Shown here: in pieces, positions 1 to 10,655 of the stretch
Position numbering within the stretch: position 1 is the stretch's first letter
How the letters are laid out: the number at the start of each line of letters is the position of its first letter
Assembly (NCBI GenBank): GCA_977018835.1
Contig: OZ361259.1
Location: forward strand, 1,612,001-1,676,000
Direction: 5' to 3'
Length of the DNA stretch: 64,000 bases
Origin: Minutocellus sp. GHC0000111
Lineage: Eukaryota
Made by a program: the position numbers and the translations under genes
The notes under the pieces: model-generated
The model's input: the letters and a program-made list of their open reading frames with translations, nothing else
What the model was told of the DNA's origin: nothing
The model's database searches: none

Positions 1-1
1 G

Positions 2-823
2 TCGGACATGGCGCACATTTCGGGTTTGGTTTCGGCCGAGGTCATTCCATCGCCCTTTGCCTATTCGGATGTGGTCACTACCACCACCCACAAGTCGTTG
101 CGTGGTCCTCGCGGAGCCATCATCTTCTACCGCAAGGGACAACGCGGAACCGACAAGAAGGGCAACCCGATCATGTGGGATCTGGAGTCCAAGATCAACT
201 TTGCCGTCTTCCCTGGACTGCAGGGCGGGCCGCACAATCATACCATTGGTGCCCTGGCCACATGCCTGAAGCAGGCCAACACGGCCGAATTTGTCGAGTA
301 CCAGAAGCAGGTGCTCAAGAATGCCAGTGCCTTGTCTACGAGATTGAATGAGCTGGGATACACTCTGGTCAGTGGCGGTACCGACAATCACTTGGTACTT
401 GTGGACCTCAAGACCAGCCGTGGCATCGATGGTGCCCGAGTGGAGCGTGTGCTGGAGTTGGCATGCATTGCCAGTAATAAGAATACCATTCCTGGAGACA
501 AGTCGGCCCTCACTCCTGGTGGTATTCGGATGGGAACTCCGGCGTTGACCTCGCGTGGATTCATGGAGAAGGACTTTGTCGAGGTGGCCAACTTCTTTGA
601 TCGTGCGGTCGAGATTGCCGTCCGGCTCAAGTCGACCGATCAGGGCAAGAAGCTGAAGGGCTTCCGAGAGCTCTGTTCTGTTGGACCAAGTGTTGATCCG
701 GAATTGGAACAGTTGCGGCATGATGTGAGTTCGTTCGCTGAGAGCTTCCCCACCGTTGGCTTTGACGAGGCAGAGATGGAATTCCAGGGGGAGTACAATG
801 TTGATTTCCAAGTGGCAGCATAA
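2..823 (+). CDS. SHMT: Serine hydroxymethyltransferase, 3' part (5' end lies outside the window)
   Basis: Motifs [21 protein letters not shown] (PLP lysine), [18 protein letters not shown] and [13 protein letters not shown]. Confidence 0.97.
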   Translation, partial: SDMAHISGLVSAEVIPSPFAYSDVVTTTTHKSLRGPRGAIIFYRKGQRGTDKKGNPIMWDLESKINFAVFPGLQGGPHNHTIGALATCLKQANTAEFVEYQKQVLKNASALSTRLNELGYTLVSGGTDNHLVLVDLKTSRGIDGARVERVLELACIASNKNTIPGDKSALTPGGIRMGTPALTSRGFMEKDFVEVANFFDRAVEIAVRLKSTDQGKKLKGFRELCSVGPSVDPELEQLRHDVSSFAESFPTVGFDEAEMEFQGEYNVDFQVAA

Positions 824-992
824 GCGGTAACGATTGAATGGAGTAAGATGAACTGGAAAGCTGAAAGGAGGAGTACGGCGTCGTACGATACACCAATGGT
901 AAACATACGTTTGATCTTAGTACTAGCTAGTATTAGCATACCTTCTTTTCTAATGTCTTTTATTTCTATAGTATGGCTTCGTCGTCGATCTT

Positions 993-1748
993 TTAAATCT
1001 TGTTCTTTCCCTTGGCCTTGAGTGGCTTGGCCGCCTTGACCTTCTCGAATCCCCTGACTTTTTCGACGCACGAGCAGTCATCCATTTGCTTCTCACCATC
1101 GGTACAGGCATGGTCGCAGACAGTGTCTGGAGCTACGCACTCACAATCGTCGTTGTGGATGAGGTCACCATCGCAATCAACGGGGCAGACGCATGTGAAG
1201 TCGCAGGTAGCTGGGTCCTGGAAATCCCGAAGAACGATCTTGCCATCCTTAGCACAGTCGGGCTCCTCGCATACGCAATCGGAGCTGCAATCGAGGGGAG
1301 ATATCCAATCAAGCTCGAAGTTGTCTGGGCAGTCTCGCTCGGGGCATTCTTCGCATTTCACTTCACAATTTTCGTCGTATGCAGCCTCGTCGTCGTCACA
1401 GGTGGTCAGGAGAGCAGCTGCGAGAGCGTCTTGGTCGCAAACGTCGGGCTCGTCGGCACCACCACCTTCCTGTCCTTCGTGTCCTTCGAGGAGCTCTTCG
1501 AGTTTGCTCAGCTCACTCTCCAGATCCTGGATCTCTTGTTGGACCTGATCGTCGAGGGCACCGAGGTCGTCGGCTAGACCGTCGGTATCGTTTCCACTGA
1601 GATCGTCAATGACGTCGCCAAGATGGGACGAATCGTAGTTGACAGTGGCGTCGGCAGTTTGAACCTCTAGAGTTTGGCGAGGCTTGGCGTTCTTGCGAGC
1701 CGAGGCAGACTGGACGGCGAGGAGAAGGGCGAGGGTAGAAAGGCGCAT
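993..1748 (-). CDS. Secreted acidic Cys-rich protein (member 1 of a local cluster)
   Basis: MRLSTLALLLAVQSASA signal peptide from ATG 1748; coiled acidic segment; CxC-rich C-terminal half; Lys-rich tail. Confidence 0.75.
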   Translation of the reverse strand: MRLSTLALLLAVQSASARKNAKPRQTLEVQTADATVNYDSSHLGDVIDDLSGNDTDGLADDLGALDDQVQQEIQDLESELSKLEELLEGHEGQEGGGADEPDVCDQDALAAALLTTCDDDEAAYDENCEVKCEECPERDCPDNFELDWISPLDCSSDCVCEEPDCAKDGKIVLRDFQDPATCDFTCVCPVDCDGDLIHNDDCECVAPDTVCDHACTDGEKQMDDCSCVEKVRGFEKVKAAKPLKAKGKNKI

Positions 1749-2346
1749 GTTTATGATCTTGACGATGGACGGATTTTCGTTCGCTTCGGTTGCTATGGAG
1801 CAGATTGTTCGAATTGTGAGCCGGTCTACATGCAAACGTGAAGCTTCTGGTGTGACGTGATGAAGGCAGAGCAGCAATAGCTGTGGTCGTTGATTGTCGG
1901 ATTCTAATAAATCGTCCAGCACTTGGCTTTTTTACTTATGGATACGGGGCCGCATAACCTGCAAACCACCGGTGATTTAGACCAACTTTTCAACTCTTAT
2001 GACGGGTACGTGTGCGAGCGACACAAGACATCCTTGGACCGTCTCAAATGAATGTGCCCGGGACGACCGAGGGCATATCAAAGAAACCAGGGCATAAGAA
2101 ATACCCGTCCGTGAATGTTTGACGATCACATCACTGCGCGCATAAAAGAGCAAAACCTTGCCTACTATATTGCAAAACCGCAAGGAACATTTATATCCAA
2201 CCCAAGATACCACTGTTTGACTTCGACAAGCAAGCGCTCATTATTTCACATCTCGAGCCACAACGAAGTCAAGACGCAAGCCACTTCCTACTTCCTGCTT
2301 CGCTTTGTAACCTGACTGACCAATCACTGCCAATATTATCAACAAC

Positions 2347-3504
2347 ATGCGCCTCTCAACCCTCGCCATCGCTCTCGCCACCGTCGCGACAGTCCCTGCT
2401 GCATATGCTGCCGAGCTCGCCACTACGACCGACCTCAAAACTCTCAGCGAAGAACTGGCCGTAGAAGAACAAAAGATCACCGAAGAGATCAAGACCCTCG
2501 AGGCAGAACTTGGCACATACGAAACCACCACCGATGGCACCATCACCAGAACCGTCGATGATGGATCTTCCGAACCCACTGGAACAACCACCGATGGGAC
2601 TGCCACCAGAACCATCGACGATGGATCTACCGAAACAACCACCCCAGTCGATGGATCTACCGAACCTAACGACACCACCGACGACAAAACACTCACAACA
2701 ACAATTACCGAGCCCTGCCCAATGCAAGCGATGGTCATGTGCAACGACGAGACGCACGACACCATCACAAGAGAAGTTGAAGGGTGCGGCACCTACTACG
2801 ACTGCGTCCCCAAGGAAACCGCAGAGCCCTCTCTCTGCATCGGTGCCGAAGATTTGTCCTCCGACACCACTATCTGCCAGAGACACCTCGACGTCGACAG
2901 CGACTGCTACGCATTCAGGTGCGCCACTGTCGACCCTCCTCCGCCGACCTACTGCGATGGATCTGTCGAAGATCCCACCTCATGCCCAGCCGGCGTTTCT
3001 GAAACGCACGATGGTGCCAACGGATGCATTCTCATGCAGTGCGTAGAGAAGACATGTGATCGGCTTACCGCCTACTCTCTGGTCGAGGACTGTCCCATGG
3101 GTAGCTCTCTTCACTTTGTTGAGGAGACATGTTCCTACGAATGCCAGGAATGCGAGGCCAAGTGTCCCTACGAAGCGCACGAAATGAAGTTCACAACCAT
3201 CAACTCCTGCGACGTCATGTGCAGCTGCCCAGCGGCCAGCTGCCCGACTGGACAACTTCTGGTATCTCGTGAGGCCGACTGCAGCATCAACTGCCAAACT
3301 CCCTGCACTCCCCCAACTTGTGCCGATGGAGAGTACCTCGTTAAAATCGATGCAGATGCAGATTCCTGCAACTACGAGTGCCAAAAAGTTCGTATCAAAC
3401 GCAACGGCGGAGGCGGTGGCAAGAAGACAACGACCGATGGAGATGGTACCACCACCAAGCCCTGCCGTGGCAAGAACTGCAGAAGAAAGAATCTCCGTGC
3501 CTAG
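2347..3504 (+). CDS. Secreted Cys/Thr-rich protein (member 2)
   Basis: MRLSTLAIALATVA signal peptide; TDLKTL coil; TTTDGT/DDGS repeats; many Cys; tail RNGGGGGKK...KNLRA. Confidence 0.8.
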   Translation: MRLSTLAIALATVATVPAAYAAELATTTDLKTLSEELAVEEQKITEEIKTLEAELGTYETTTDGTITRTVDDGSSEPTGTTTDGTATRTIDDGSTETTTPVDGSTEPNDTTDDKTLTTTITEPCPMQAMVMCNDETHDTITREVEGCGTYYDCVPKETAEPSLCIGAEDLSSDTTICQRHLDVDSDCYAFRCATVDPPPPTYCDGSVEDPTSCPAGVSETHDGANGCILMQCVEKTCDRLTAYSLVEDCPMGSSLHFVEETCSYECQECEAKCPYEAHEMKFTTINSCDVMCSCPAASCPTGQLLVSREADCSINCQTPCTPPTCADGEYLVKIDADADSCNYECQKVRIKRNGGGGGKKTTTDGDGTTTKPCRGKNCRRKNLRA

Positions 3505-3920
3505 GGAGATTGCACAGAAAAGCGGTATTTATTTGTAAATTTAGGTGTGATGCCGTTAACATAGTTGTCCTCGCAGTGATTGCGATGTAGTGCAGACGAG
3601 GTATATCCGCACTGGTACAGCCAGTACCCCCGGTACTACGTAGAGTCTAGTCTAGTAGGCTAGCTAGATTGCCTCAATCAAAGCATCAAATCAAGTCATG
3701 CGTGTTTGCCAGAAATCATCTAACCCCGACAGGAGGGTCATCAACGATAACATTAATGCCCCCTTCACAACTAACTTGACATGCGTCTTGTCCCATAATC
3801 ACAAACACGGATACGACCAACCCAAGGGGCCGCAAAGAACCGTTTTTGTTGCGAGCATCGGTTGGTTGCTCTTGCTCATACTTCTGAAAAGAACAATCGT
3901 ATCTCCAAACGCACCGAACT

Positions 3921-4943
3921 ATGCGTCCATCAGCATCGTCCCTCCTCCTGTTCCTCTCTTCAGGGGCGACGACCTGGAGGACCGCCGCAGCCACTGCCAC
4001 CAAAAATGCTGCGGTCCATCGTCGCGACCAGGGGGATACAATCACCGACCTCAAGACGCTCGAGGCCGAACTTGACAGCGAGATTGCGGCCGCCGAGGCT
4101 CTCGTCTGTCAGCTCGAAGGAGAAGCCTGTCCCGACGGGCATAACACCATTTACGACTTCGACCGCAACTGCATCTGCGACGATAGGCCTCACTGCGAAC
4201 CGGGCCAGGCCACCATCGCCGACAATGACCAGTACTGCTTCGACGATCTCGATCCTGTCAATAACTGCTACATGGTCGCCTGTCAGAGCCCTCCCATGCC
4301 AGTGATGTGCGCCACCATCGCCGTGGCATGCATGGAACCCCAAGTTGCTGTGCCCTACGTCGACGAACAGGGTTGCGAATATTATGCATGTGAGGATGTC
4401 ACTCCCAGGGAGGAATGCAGCCTGACTTTCATCGCTGATCCGTGTCCAGATTGCGAAGGTTGGGTCGCCAACGAGGACTGCACCGGGGCGATATGCGTCG
4501 ACTGCCGTGAAACCCTCCCTCCCGAGTACCAGTGCGAGGATCCTGCTCCGTGCGATCCCATCACTCAAACGACCGTCACATCAATCGATGAGTTTGGTTG
4601 TGTTGTTCACACATGCTACGAGGTGTGCAATACCCTCACTGCCGAACCAACCGAATGCACCGGTGCGTACGAAGTTCGCCAGATCGATCTCGGTGCCTGC
4701 ACGGCAAGCTGTCGAGTAATGTGTCCCCAGCCCGTATGCGAAGAGGGCACAACCTTCATTTCGCAAGACCGTGTCACATGTGAACCTACTTGCACAGAAA
4801 CCGAGGTCGTTGCGACAAGGCAGGGTCGTGGAGGCGGTGGTGGCAAGAAGGGTGGTGACGACAGTGCCATCGACGACAGATCCACTACCACCACCAAGGG
4901 CGGTGGTAAGAAGGGAGGGAACAAGAAGAATCTTCGTTGGTAG
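3921..4943 (+). CDS. Secreted Cys-rich protein (member 3)
   Basis: Signal-like N-terminus; TDLKTLEAEL coil; Cys-rich body; tail RGGGGGKKGG...KNLRW. Confidence 0.8.
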   Translation: MRPSASSLLLFLSSGATTWRTAAATATKNAAVHRRDQGDTITDLKTLEAELDSEIAAAEALVCQLEGEACPDGHNTIYDFDRNCICDDRPHCEPGQATIADNDQYCFDDLDPVNNCYMVACQSPPMPVMCATIAVACMEPQVAVPYVDEQGCEYYACEDVTPREECSLTFIADPCPDCEGWVANEDCTGAICVDCRETLPPEYQCEDPAPCDPITQTTVTSIDEFGCVVHTCYEVCNTLTAEPTECTGAYEVRQIDLGACTASCRVMCPQPVCEEGTTFISQDRVTCEPTCTETEVVATRQGRGGGGGKKGGDDSAIDDRSTTTTKGGGKKGGNKKNLRW

Positions 4944-5291
4944 CTCATTGGTCTCTCGCGATATTTACAGGATTAGGAGAGAATAGATCTAGATTTTCTT
5001 GATAGAGATGGCATGCAGTCCGTAATCGCCAAAGTGATTTTTTTTTCAAAGTTATGACCATTGTAGCATTGGTGATGCCTCTATGCTTATGCTATCTGTT
5101 AATGCAATTTTTCATCTAACCACGCCATTACTCGAGAGGTCCTATCTGTAGCTGAGCCAACGACCTCTTCCGTTGGATTCTAGTCTACGCCGAGCATCAT
5201 GAGCTGACATCCCCCGGCACACTCCCAGAGATCTCGTCTTTTCGCCCATCAGAAAACCGGAGATGCATGGCTTGGAATTGGACTGAGGAAG

Positions 5292-6008
5292 ATGGGCGAA
5301 GATGACTGCTCATTCATTTCCTACGGCACCGAAGATATGGAGAAGGGCAAGCAGCAAATTGCACTCCTCATAACAATTGGTATCTTTGTAGCACATGGTG
5401 CCCACGCATTTGCGGTCCCATCCCAGCTTCTGCGGCATACCGCTCAACCAGAGCTTCGTTCCCCTGAGAGAAACGATGGACCAAGATATCGTCACATACT
5501 ATCTTCAACTTCGGCAAGATTTCGACAACGACTATCTGCTGCACAAAGTGGCAACTCGCAAAGTTCAGCAAATGTGACCATCAATGAAAAAGGTCCCGGT
5601 AGTGGCCCATCTGCATCGCCTGGCGACATTGTCACTGTAAAATATGTCGGGCGGCTACAATCTAACGGGAAGCAATTTGATGCCGGCACAATATCGTTCA
5701 AACTCGGTGCAGGCAAAGTCATACCGGGATGGGAACGGGGAATCGAAAAGATGCAGGCTGGTGGATCACGAAAGCTGCTAATACCGCCAGAGTTGGCATA
5801 TGGACGAAATGGGGCTGGTGGGGGCATCATTCCGCCTAACGCTACACTTGAGTTTGATGTGGAGCTTGTTGGAATATCGAATGGTCCTATTGCAGAAGTT
5901 ATTGCGGCAACTGGTATTGGATCGAATCCTCGAACGGCTCTTTTGGTTGTATTTATCGGGCTCATTTCGTATCTCCTAAGCAATTTGACTTTTCCAGAGG
6001 ATATGTGA
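5292..6008 (+). CDS. FKBP-type peptidyl-prolyl isomerase, probably plastid-targeted, with C-terminal TM segment
   Basis: VTVKYVGRL..GKQFD, VIPGWERG, LIPPELAYG, IPPNATLEFDVEL; AHAFA (ASAFAP-like) motif; exact start uncertain. Confidence 0.9.
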   Translation: MGEDDCSFISYGTEDMEKGKQQIALLITIGIFVAHGAHAFAVPSQLLRHTAQPELRSPERNDGPRYRHILSSTSARFRQRLSAAQSGNSQSSANVTINEKGPGSGPSASPGDIVTVKYVGRLQSNGKQFDAGTISFKLGAGKVIPGWERGIEKMQAGGSRKLLIPPELAYGRNGAGGGIIPPNATLEFDVELVGISNGPIAEVIAATGIGSNPRTALLVVFIGLISYLLSNLTFPEDM

Positions 6009-6186
6009 AATGCAACGAGAGGAGGGTATTACGTAAGAGTGTCTAAATATCCTTCCATCGATTAGATTTCGTGCACGCCATGAATTACAAAGAAATTTCT
6101 TTGACTTGCTATTTTAAATAGGCGGTCGATTGATGCAGTTCTAGAACGCTGTAGGAATATCAAATGCACATCATTATCAGGTGCCC

Positions 6187-6915
6187 TTAATGCAACGATG
6201 CACCTGGATCCATCCCAACCAAGGCAATTCCAACTGCGATCAGTACAATACCACCCCAACCTCGAGTAGTCAGCCTTTCACCCAACCATAGTGCTCCCAA
6301 CAAAGTGCCCATTACCACGCTACCACCAATAATTGCAGGAATGCTTTTGGATGCTGGTACACCAAGACCACTGATGACAAAGGAGAGGATTTCAGCCGCC
6401 CCAACAGCAGCTCCAGCGGCAATTGCCCAGCGCACGCCGAGCTTTGATATCTCCAGAGGAGCTGTAGCCCTCGCTTGTTGAACAGCCAACAACACCGCGC
6501 CTAAAGCTGCAGCAACGATTTGGAGCAATACACCGCCCAGTATCGGATCCATTGATGCCGATGCCTTCTTGATGAAGAGGTTGTACAAGGCATAGCTAAG
6601 AGCACAGGCGAAGGCAGGGCCGGCCCATACAGAAAGCGCGGGAGCTGTTGATGTTGCCGAGAGAACAACTGAAGCACCGCCTCGGAGATTTATCGGGTAT
6701 CTGATAATATGTGTGCGTTTGTTAGTATGGCGGAGGAGTGCAGTATTGCTTGGCTCCCGTCCGTGCGTCAGTGTTGTTGACACCTTCTTTGTTTGAGGAT
6801 GTGGCTGGCGCCGAAAGCTGCTAACGCGGATGCCGTCGTTCAAACGGAAACCCATGATGTCAACCGCAGACAAGAGGACGACGAAGAGAGCGGAAAACAA
6901 TTTGCTGTGATTCAT
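6187..6915 (-). CDS. EamA/DMT-like small membrane transporter
   Basis: Signal plus transit-like N-terminus, about 5 hydrophobic helices, LGERLT..GWGGIVLIAVGIALV end motif. Confidence 0.7.
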   Translation of the reverse strand: MNHSKLFSALFVVLLSAVDIMGFRLNDGIRVSSFRRQPHPQTKKVSTTLTHGREPSNTALLRHTNKRTHIIRYPINLRGGASVVLSATSTAPALSVWAGPAFACALSYALYNLFIKKASASMDPILGGVLLQIVAAALGAVLLAVQQARATAPLEISKLGVRWAIAAGAAVGAAEILSFVISGLGVPASKSIPAIIGGSVVMGTLLGALWLGERLTTRGWGGIVLIAVGIALVGMDPGASLH

Positions 6916-7348
6916 GTTCGTTCTGCTGCTCTTGGACTAACCGTGTAGGAAGGGTGAGTTCGAGCTGTCACCACAGCAAGGGCGAGGACCAAGGCTGAAA
7001 GTAGCAAAGAAACCCGGAGAAAATTACCGAGAGCAATCGCATGTCAGCAGACGATAGCGTACCGGCGCTTGCAGCGATAACAAAGCTTTGCGGTGGCGGA
7101 AGACAAAGGAATATGGGGAGGTCCTCCTTCACTGTTGGTCTAGTGGACCTCGGGTGGTCTGTGGCACTATCTGTGACCGGGATGGCGAGCCCGTTGTGGC
7201 GAAGGCTGATTTTCAGTAGAGAGGAGATTTACAATACTGGGCTCAACTCAGTATAGTTCGGTCCAAGTAGTAAGAGCCCATGGCGGACTAACGTAGTATG
7301 GAATACAAATGCCAGCTACTGTGTATTGTTATTTATTGACTGGTTGAG

Positions 7349-10171
7349 TTAAACTCCCTCCACATCCGCGCTGTACGACTCGTCATCGCCAAAAGCATCC
7401 TCCGACGGATCAGGCATGAAGCCTCCGTTGCGTACAGAAGCATCACGAACAGCTGCTACGGCCGCTGCAGCTGGATGTGCCGACGCCGTTGTGACCAGCT
7501 GAGCTGAACTTCCCCGCTTCTTTTGGGCATCCCACACCATACCCAATTCTGACAACTTCAACGCCTTCTCATTCGTCATCGGACTCTTCTTGCCCTGCTT
7601 CATCATACGGTACTGGTTGCGCTGGGAGTGAACCCAGTAGCCAAGACCAGGGAAGTGCTGGGGAACGCAGGCGTGGCCGTGGGTATTCTTAAAGGTCACG
7701 AGCTCCTGGTAACGCTCCTCCCAGGTCTTTCGCGGTGCCTTGATGGCACCCTTCCGCTTGCCACCAACGAAAATGAAACCAAGATTGTTCAAGTCGTTGT
7801 ACCGCTCGTCGGTCAGGCTGGAAGGCTTGCCATCGCAACGCTTGCGGTACTCCTCGCGCTGCGAAGAAACGAACCAACCGAGATCAGGATCACTGACCGG
7901 AATCTTGAGATGGCCGTGGCGGTTCTTGTACTCGCGAAGCTGATTCATGCGATCGGACCAGCTGGTGTAGTCGGCACGCTGGCGGAATTGGAAGCCAATG
8001 TCGTTGAGGAGCATGAGGCGGGAGGCCGTCAAGAGCGATTCCTTGTTCTCCTTGAGCTTCTTGTACTCCCGTCGCTGTCCGATGACCCACTTGATAAGCT
8101 CGGTGTGCGGCGGGGTGGTGGAGACGTTGCAGTTGCCATTGTCCCTCTTGTACTGCTCCAGCTCGGCGAACATGGCGTTCCAGTGCTCATCCTCGGCACC
8201 CTTGTTGACCATCTTGCGCTTCGTTGAGGTAAAGCCGATGGCCGTAAGCTGCTCGATCTGAGCCGCGGTAATACCAGGAACACGCTGACCATCCTGATAC
8301 TTGCGGTACTTGTCTCGCATCTTGGCGGCCCACTTGCCTAGCAGAGCATGGTCCATGGGGACGGCGACAGAACCGTCGTTGTCCTCCTTGAACTTCTTGA
8401 GCTGCTGCATCCGTTCGTCAAAGGTGTAATGGACAAACTCGTGGCCGGCCTCCTCCAACAGACGCTTCTTCTCGTCGGTCAACCGCCCGACCGAGTTGGA
8501 CTTCATGGCCCGACCCTCCTTGAGATGACGGTACGCCATGTTCTGCTCGTTCATCCAAAGACGAAGCTCTTGGTTGACCTTGTCGTCACGGGGGACGATG
8601 GTGGTACCATGAGCCTCCTTGTACGCCAAAAGCTTGGCATACATATCCTGCCACTCCTTGCGAGGCTTGTAGTTGGCTCGAACGGATGGAGCCGGTGCGG
8701 CGGGGGATGTAATGACGGATCCGTCGGGGGCAAAGGTCGGAAAAGCCACACCTTCCGTACCGGCATTAGTATTCATTCCGGTAAAATCAAATCCAATGCT
8801 CGTCAAGCGATCAATCTTTTCCTGCGTCATCTTGAACGTCTCCCCGGCCTGCAGCGCACGGTACTCGGTGCGTTGATCCGAGATCCATCGACGCAATTTG
8901 CGGCTGGCATCGTCCTCACCCGTTACCAGAAAGTTGCCCGCCGTGGCATGGTGTTGCTGCAACGAGGCGAACTGTGCCTCCCACTGCTTGTAGGGTTTGC
9001 GGGGCTGCGTTTCGACGCGTTTGCGCGTGCCCTTCTTCTTCTTGCTGGAGCGGCTGCCACTACTGGAAGCGGCTGCGGCAGCAACAGCAACCTCCTCGTC
9101 GTCATCGGCGGCACGCTTGCGAATGGTCTGTGGCAGCTTGGGGGCACCCTCCAAGGTCATGACGTTGACCTCGCCTTCGGAAGCGAATCGGGCGGCATCC
9201 CCGAGGTCGTTGAATCCACGGAGGAGGTACTGCGCACCCACAAAGTTGTAGTTGTCGGCAATGTGCTTCTGGGCGTCGGCATACGATAGGAAGACGGCCC
9301 CGGCCTCCTGGTTGGACGTCGAGGCGGCCCGGACGGCGAAGAACTTGCCCGCGGGAGGCTGCGCGGCGGCGGCAGCAGCGGCTTCGGCGGTGGCGTCGGC
9401 TGCAGCTGCGGCTGTGACAGTACCGGGCAGAGGAGGTGGGTCGTCACCCTCCATGGCCATGGGCACGGGATCTCCGAGAGGCGATCCGTCGAGATTGTCA
9501 CTGTCCATGTTTATGGCGCTGTTATTGAGCTGGTAGGGAAGCGTTCCTGACTTGTGAGCAGCAAGAAGGTGGTGATTCGCCCAACTGCTAGAGGTATACC
9601 CTGATGGATGATGCGCTTGCCCTAAACCAAGTCCAAATGGATAGCCCGATGACGAAGGATAACCGAGGGGCCGCGATTGATTCTGATAATGAGGCGGGTA
9701 GGGCTGCAGAGGTTGACCAGAATTGATCCGATACTGAAGTTGAGCCTGAGGTTGAAGCTGACCCTGAGCTTGTCCCTGAGCTTGACCTGGTACTGGCGCA
9801 GAAGCTCCTAACGCAGGATGACGGAACAGAGGGGGACGGCCGTGGACTTGGTAACAGAGCTGCTGCAATGCCAACGATGCGGCCAACTGCTGCTGCTGCT
9901 GAGAGACTCGAGACTCTGCTGCTCCTGCAAGAACCGAGGTAGACGAATCCGATGGGTTGGCGATATGGGGCGGTGCCAGTCGATATAGTCCAGCGGTGCT
10001 ACTATTATCAACACCTGCACTTGCACCTGCAGTATCTAATATTTCTACCGACGACGAAGGATGCCGAGCAGCTGGAACGACAGGCTCAACTTGAGTTGTT
10101 GTGTTCTCAACCTCCTCTCGAGATTCCTCCTGCTTCACTACTTGCTTCTGGGCCGAGTTGGAAAGCGACAC
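7349..10171 (-). CDS. Helicase-associated (HA) repeat protein with six repeats and an RNase H1 N-terminal/viroplasmin-like domain
   Basis: Six repeats of W/F..(F/Y)..L..(Y/F)K...G...VP....L..W...QR..Y......L..IGF; start or 5' exon structure uncertain. Confidence 0.85.
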   Translation of the reverse strand: MSLSNSAQKQVVKQEESREEVENTTTQVEPVVPAARHPSSSVEILDTAGASAGVDNSSTAGLYRLAPPHIANPSDSSTSVLAGAAESRVSQQQQQLAASLALQQLCYQVHGRPPLFRHPALGASAPVPGQAQGQAQGQLQPQAQLQYRINSGQPLQPYPPHYQNQSRPLGYPSSSGYPFGLGLGQAHHPSGYTSSSWANHHLLAAHKSGTLPYQLNNSAINMDSDNLDGSPLGDPVPMAMEGDDPPPLPGTVTAAAAADATAEAAAAAAAQPPAGKFFAVRAASTSNQEAGAVFLSYADAQKHIADNYNFVGAQYLLRGFNDLGDAARFASEGEVNVMTLEGAPKLPQTIRKRAADDDEEVAVAAAAASSSGSRSSKKKKGTRKRVETQPRKPYKQWEAQFASLQQHHATAGNFLVTGEDDASRKLRRWISDQRTEYRALQAGETFKMTQEKIDRLTSIGFDFTGMNTNAGTEGVAFPTFAPDGSVITSPAAPAPSVRANYKPRKEWQDMYAKLLAYKEAHGTTIVPRDDKVNQELRLWMNEQNMAYRHLKEGRAMKSNSVGRLTDEKKRLLEEAGHEFVHYTFDERMQQLKKFKEDNDGSVAVPMDHALLGKWAAKMRDKYRKYQDGQRVPGITAAQIEQLTAIGFTSTKRKMVNKGAEDEHWNAMFAELEQYKRDNGNCNVSTTPPHTELIKWVIGQRREYKKLKENKESLLTASRLMLLNDIGFQFRQRADYTSWSDRMNQLREYKNRHGHLKIPVSDPDLGWFVSSQREEYRKRCDGKPSSLTDERYNDLNNLGFIFVGGKRKGAIKAPRKTWEERYQELVTFKNTHGHACVPQHFPGLGYWVHSQRNQYRMMKQGKKSPMTNEKALKLSELGMVWDAQKKRGSSAQLVTTASAHPAAAAVAAVRDASVRNGGFMPDPSEDAFGDDESYSADVEGV

Positions 10172-10655
10172 AAACGGTTCCGATGCGTCAACGGCGTCTG
10201 GAGCGGGGGCAGGCTCTTGCTTAATGGAAGCTACCGGGGAAGGCGATTGGATTAGGGGATGGGGCAGTTCGGGAAGAAGATCGAACTCCTCCTTGTACTG
10301 TTGAGCCCGAAATGAGTGCCAATGAGAGTCGAGTCAATGCAAGAGAAGGCAAGCGGGAGGCGGAGACGGAGAAAAGACGACGCGTGAGATACAGACATGT
10401 TATGAAGAAGATACGGTGGTAAAACACACGGTGTGCCGAATGAATCTTCCAATAAAAAGGCTCCGTTCCAACCACAAGACAGGCGGGTGTCCTCAAACAG
10501 AAGATCAAACAACAGCAAACACGACGGCACACCACGATAGTAATGGATGGAGCCAAAACGAGCACATAACGTGCTGAAGAAACAAACGGCGCGATCGTGT
10601 TTGCCATCCCTTGCTGCATCTCCGACAAGATACCATGGCTACGCACCGCCTCGAG

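Noticed and set aside
2520..2690. Repeated ACCACCGATGG/GATGGATCT units as a possible CRISPR-like array
   Set aside because: They are in-frame peptide repeats (TTDG/DDGS) inside a secreted protein.
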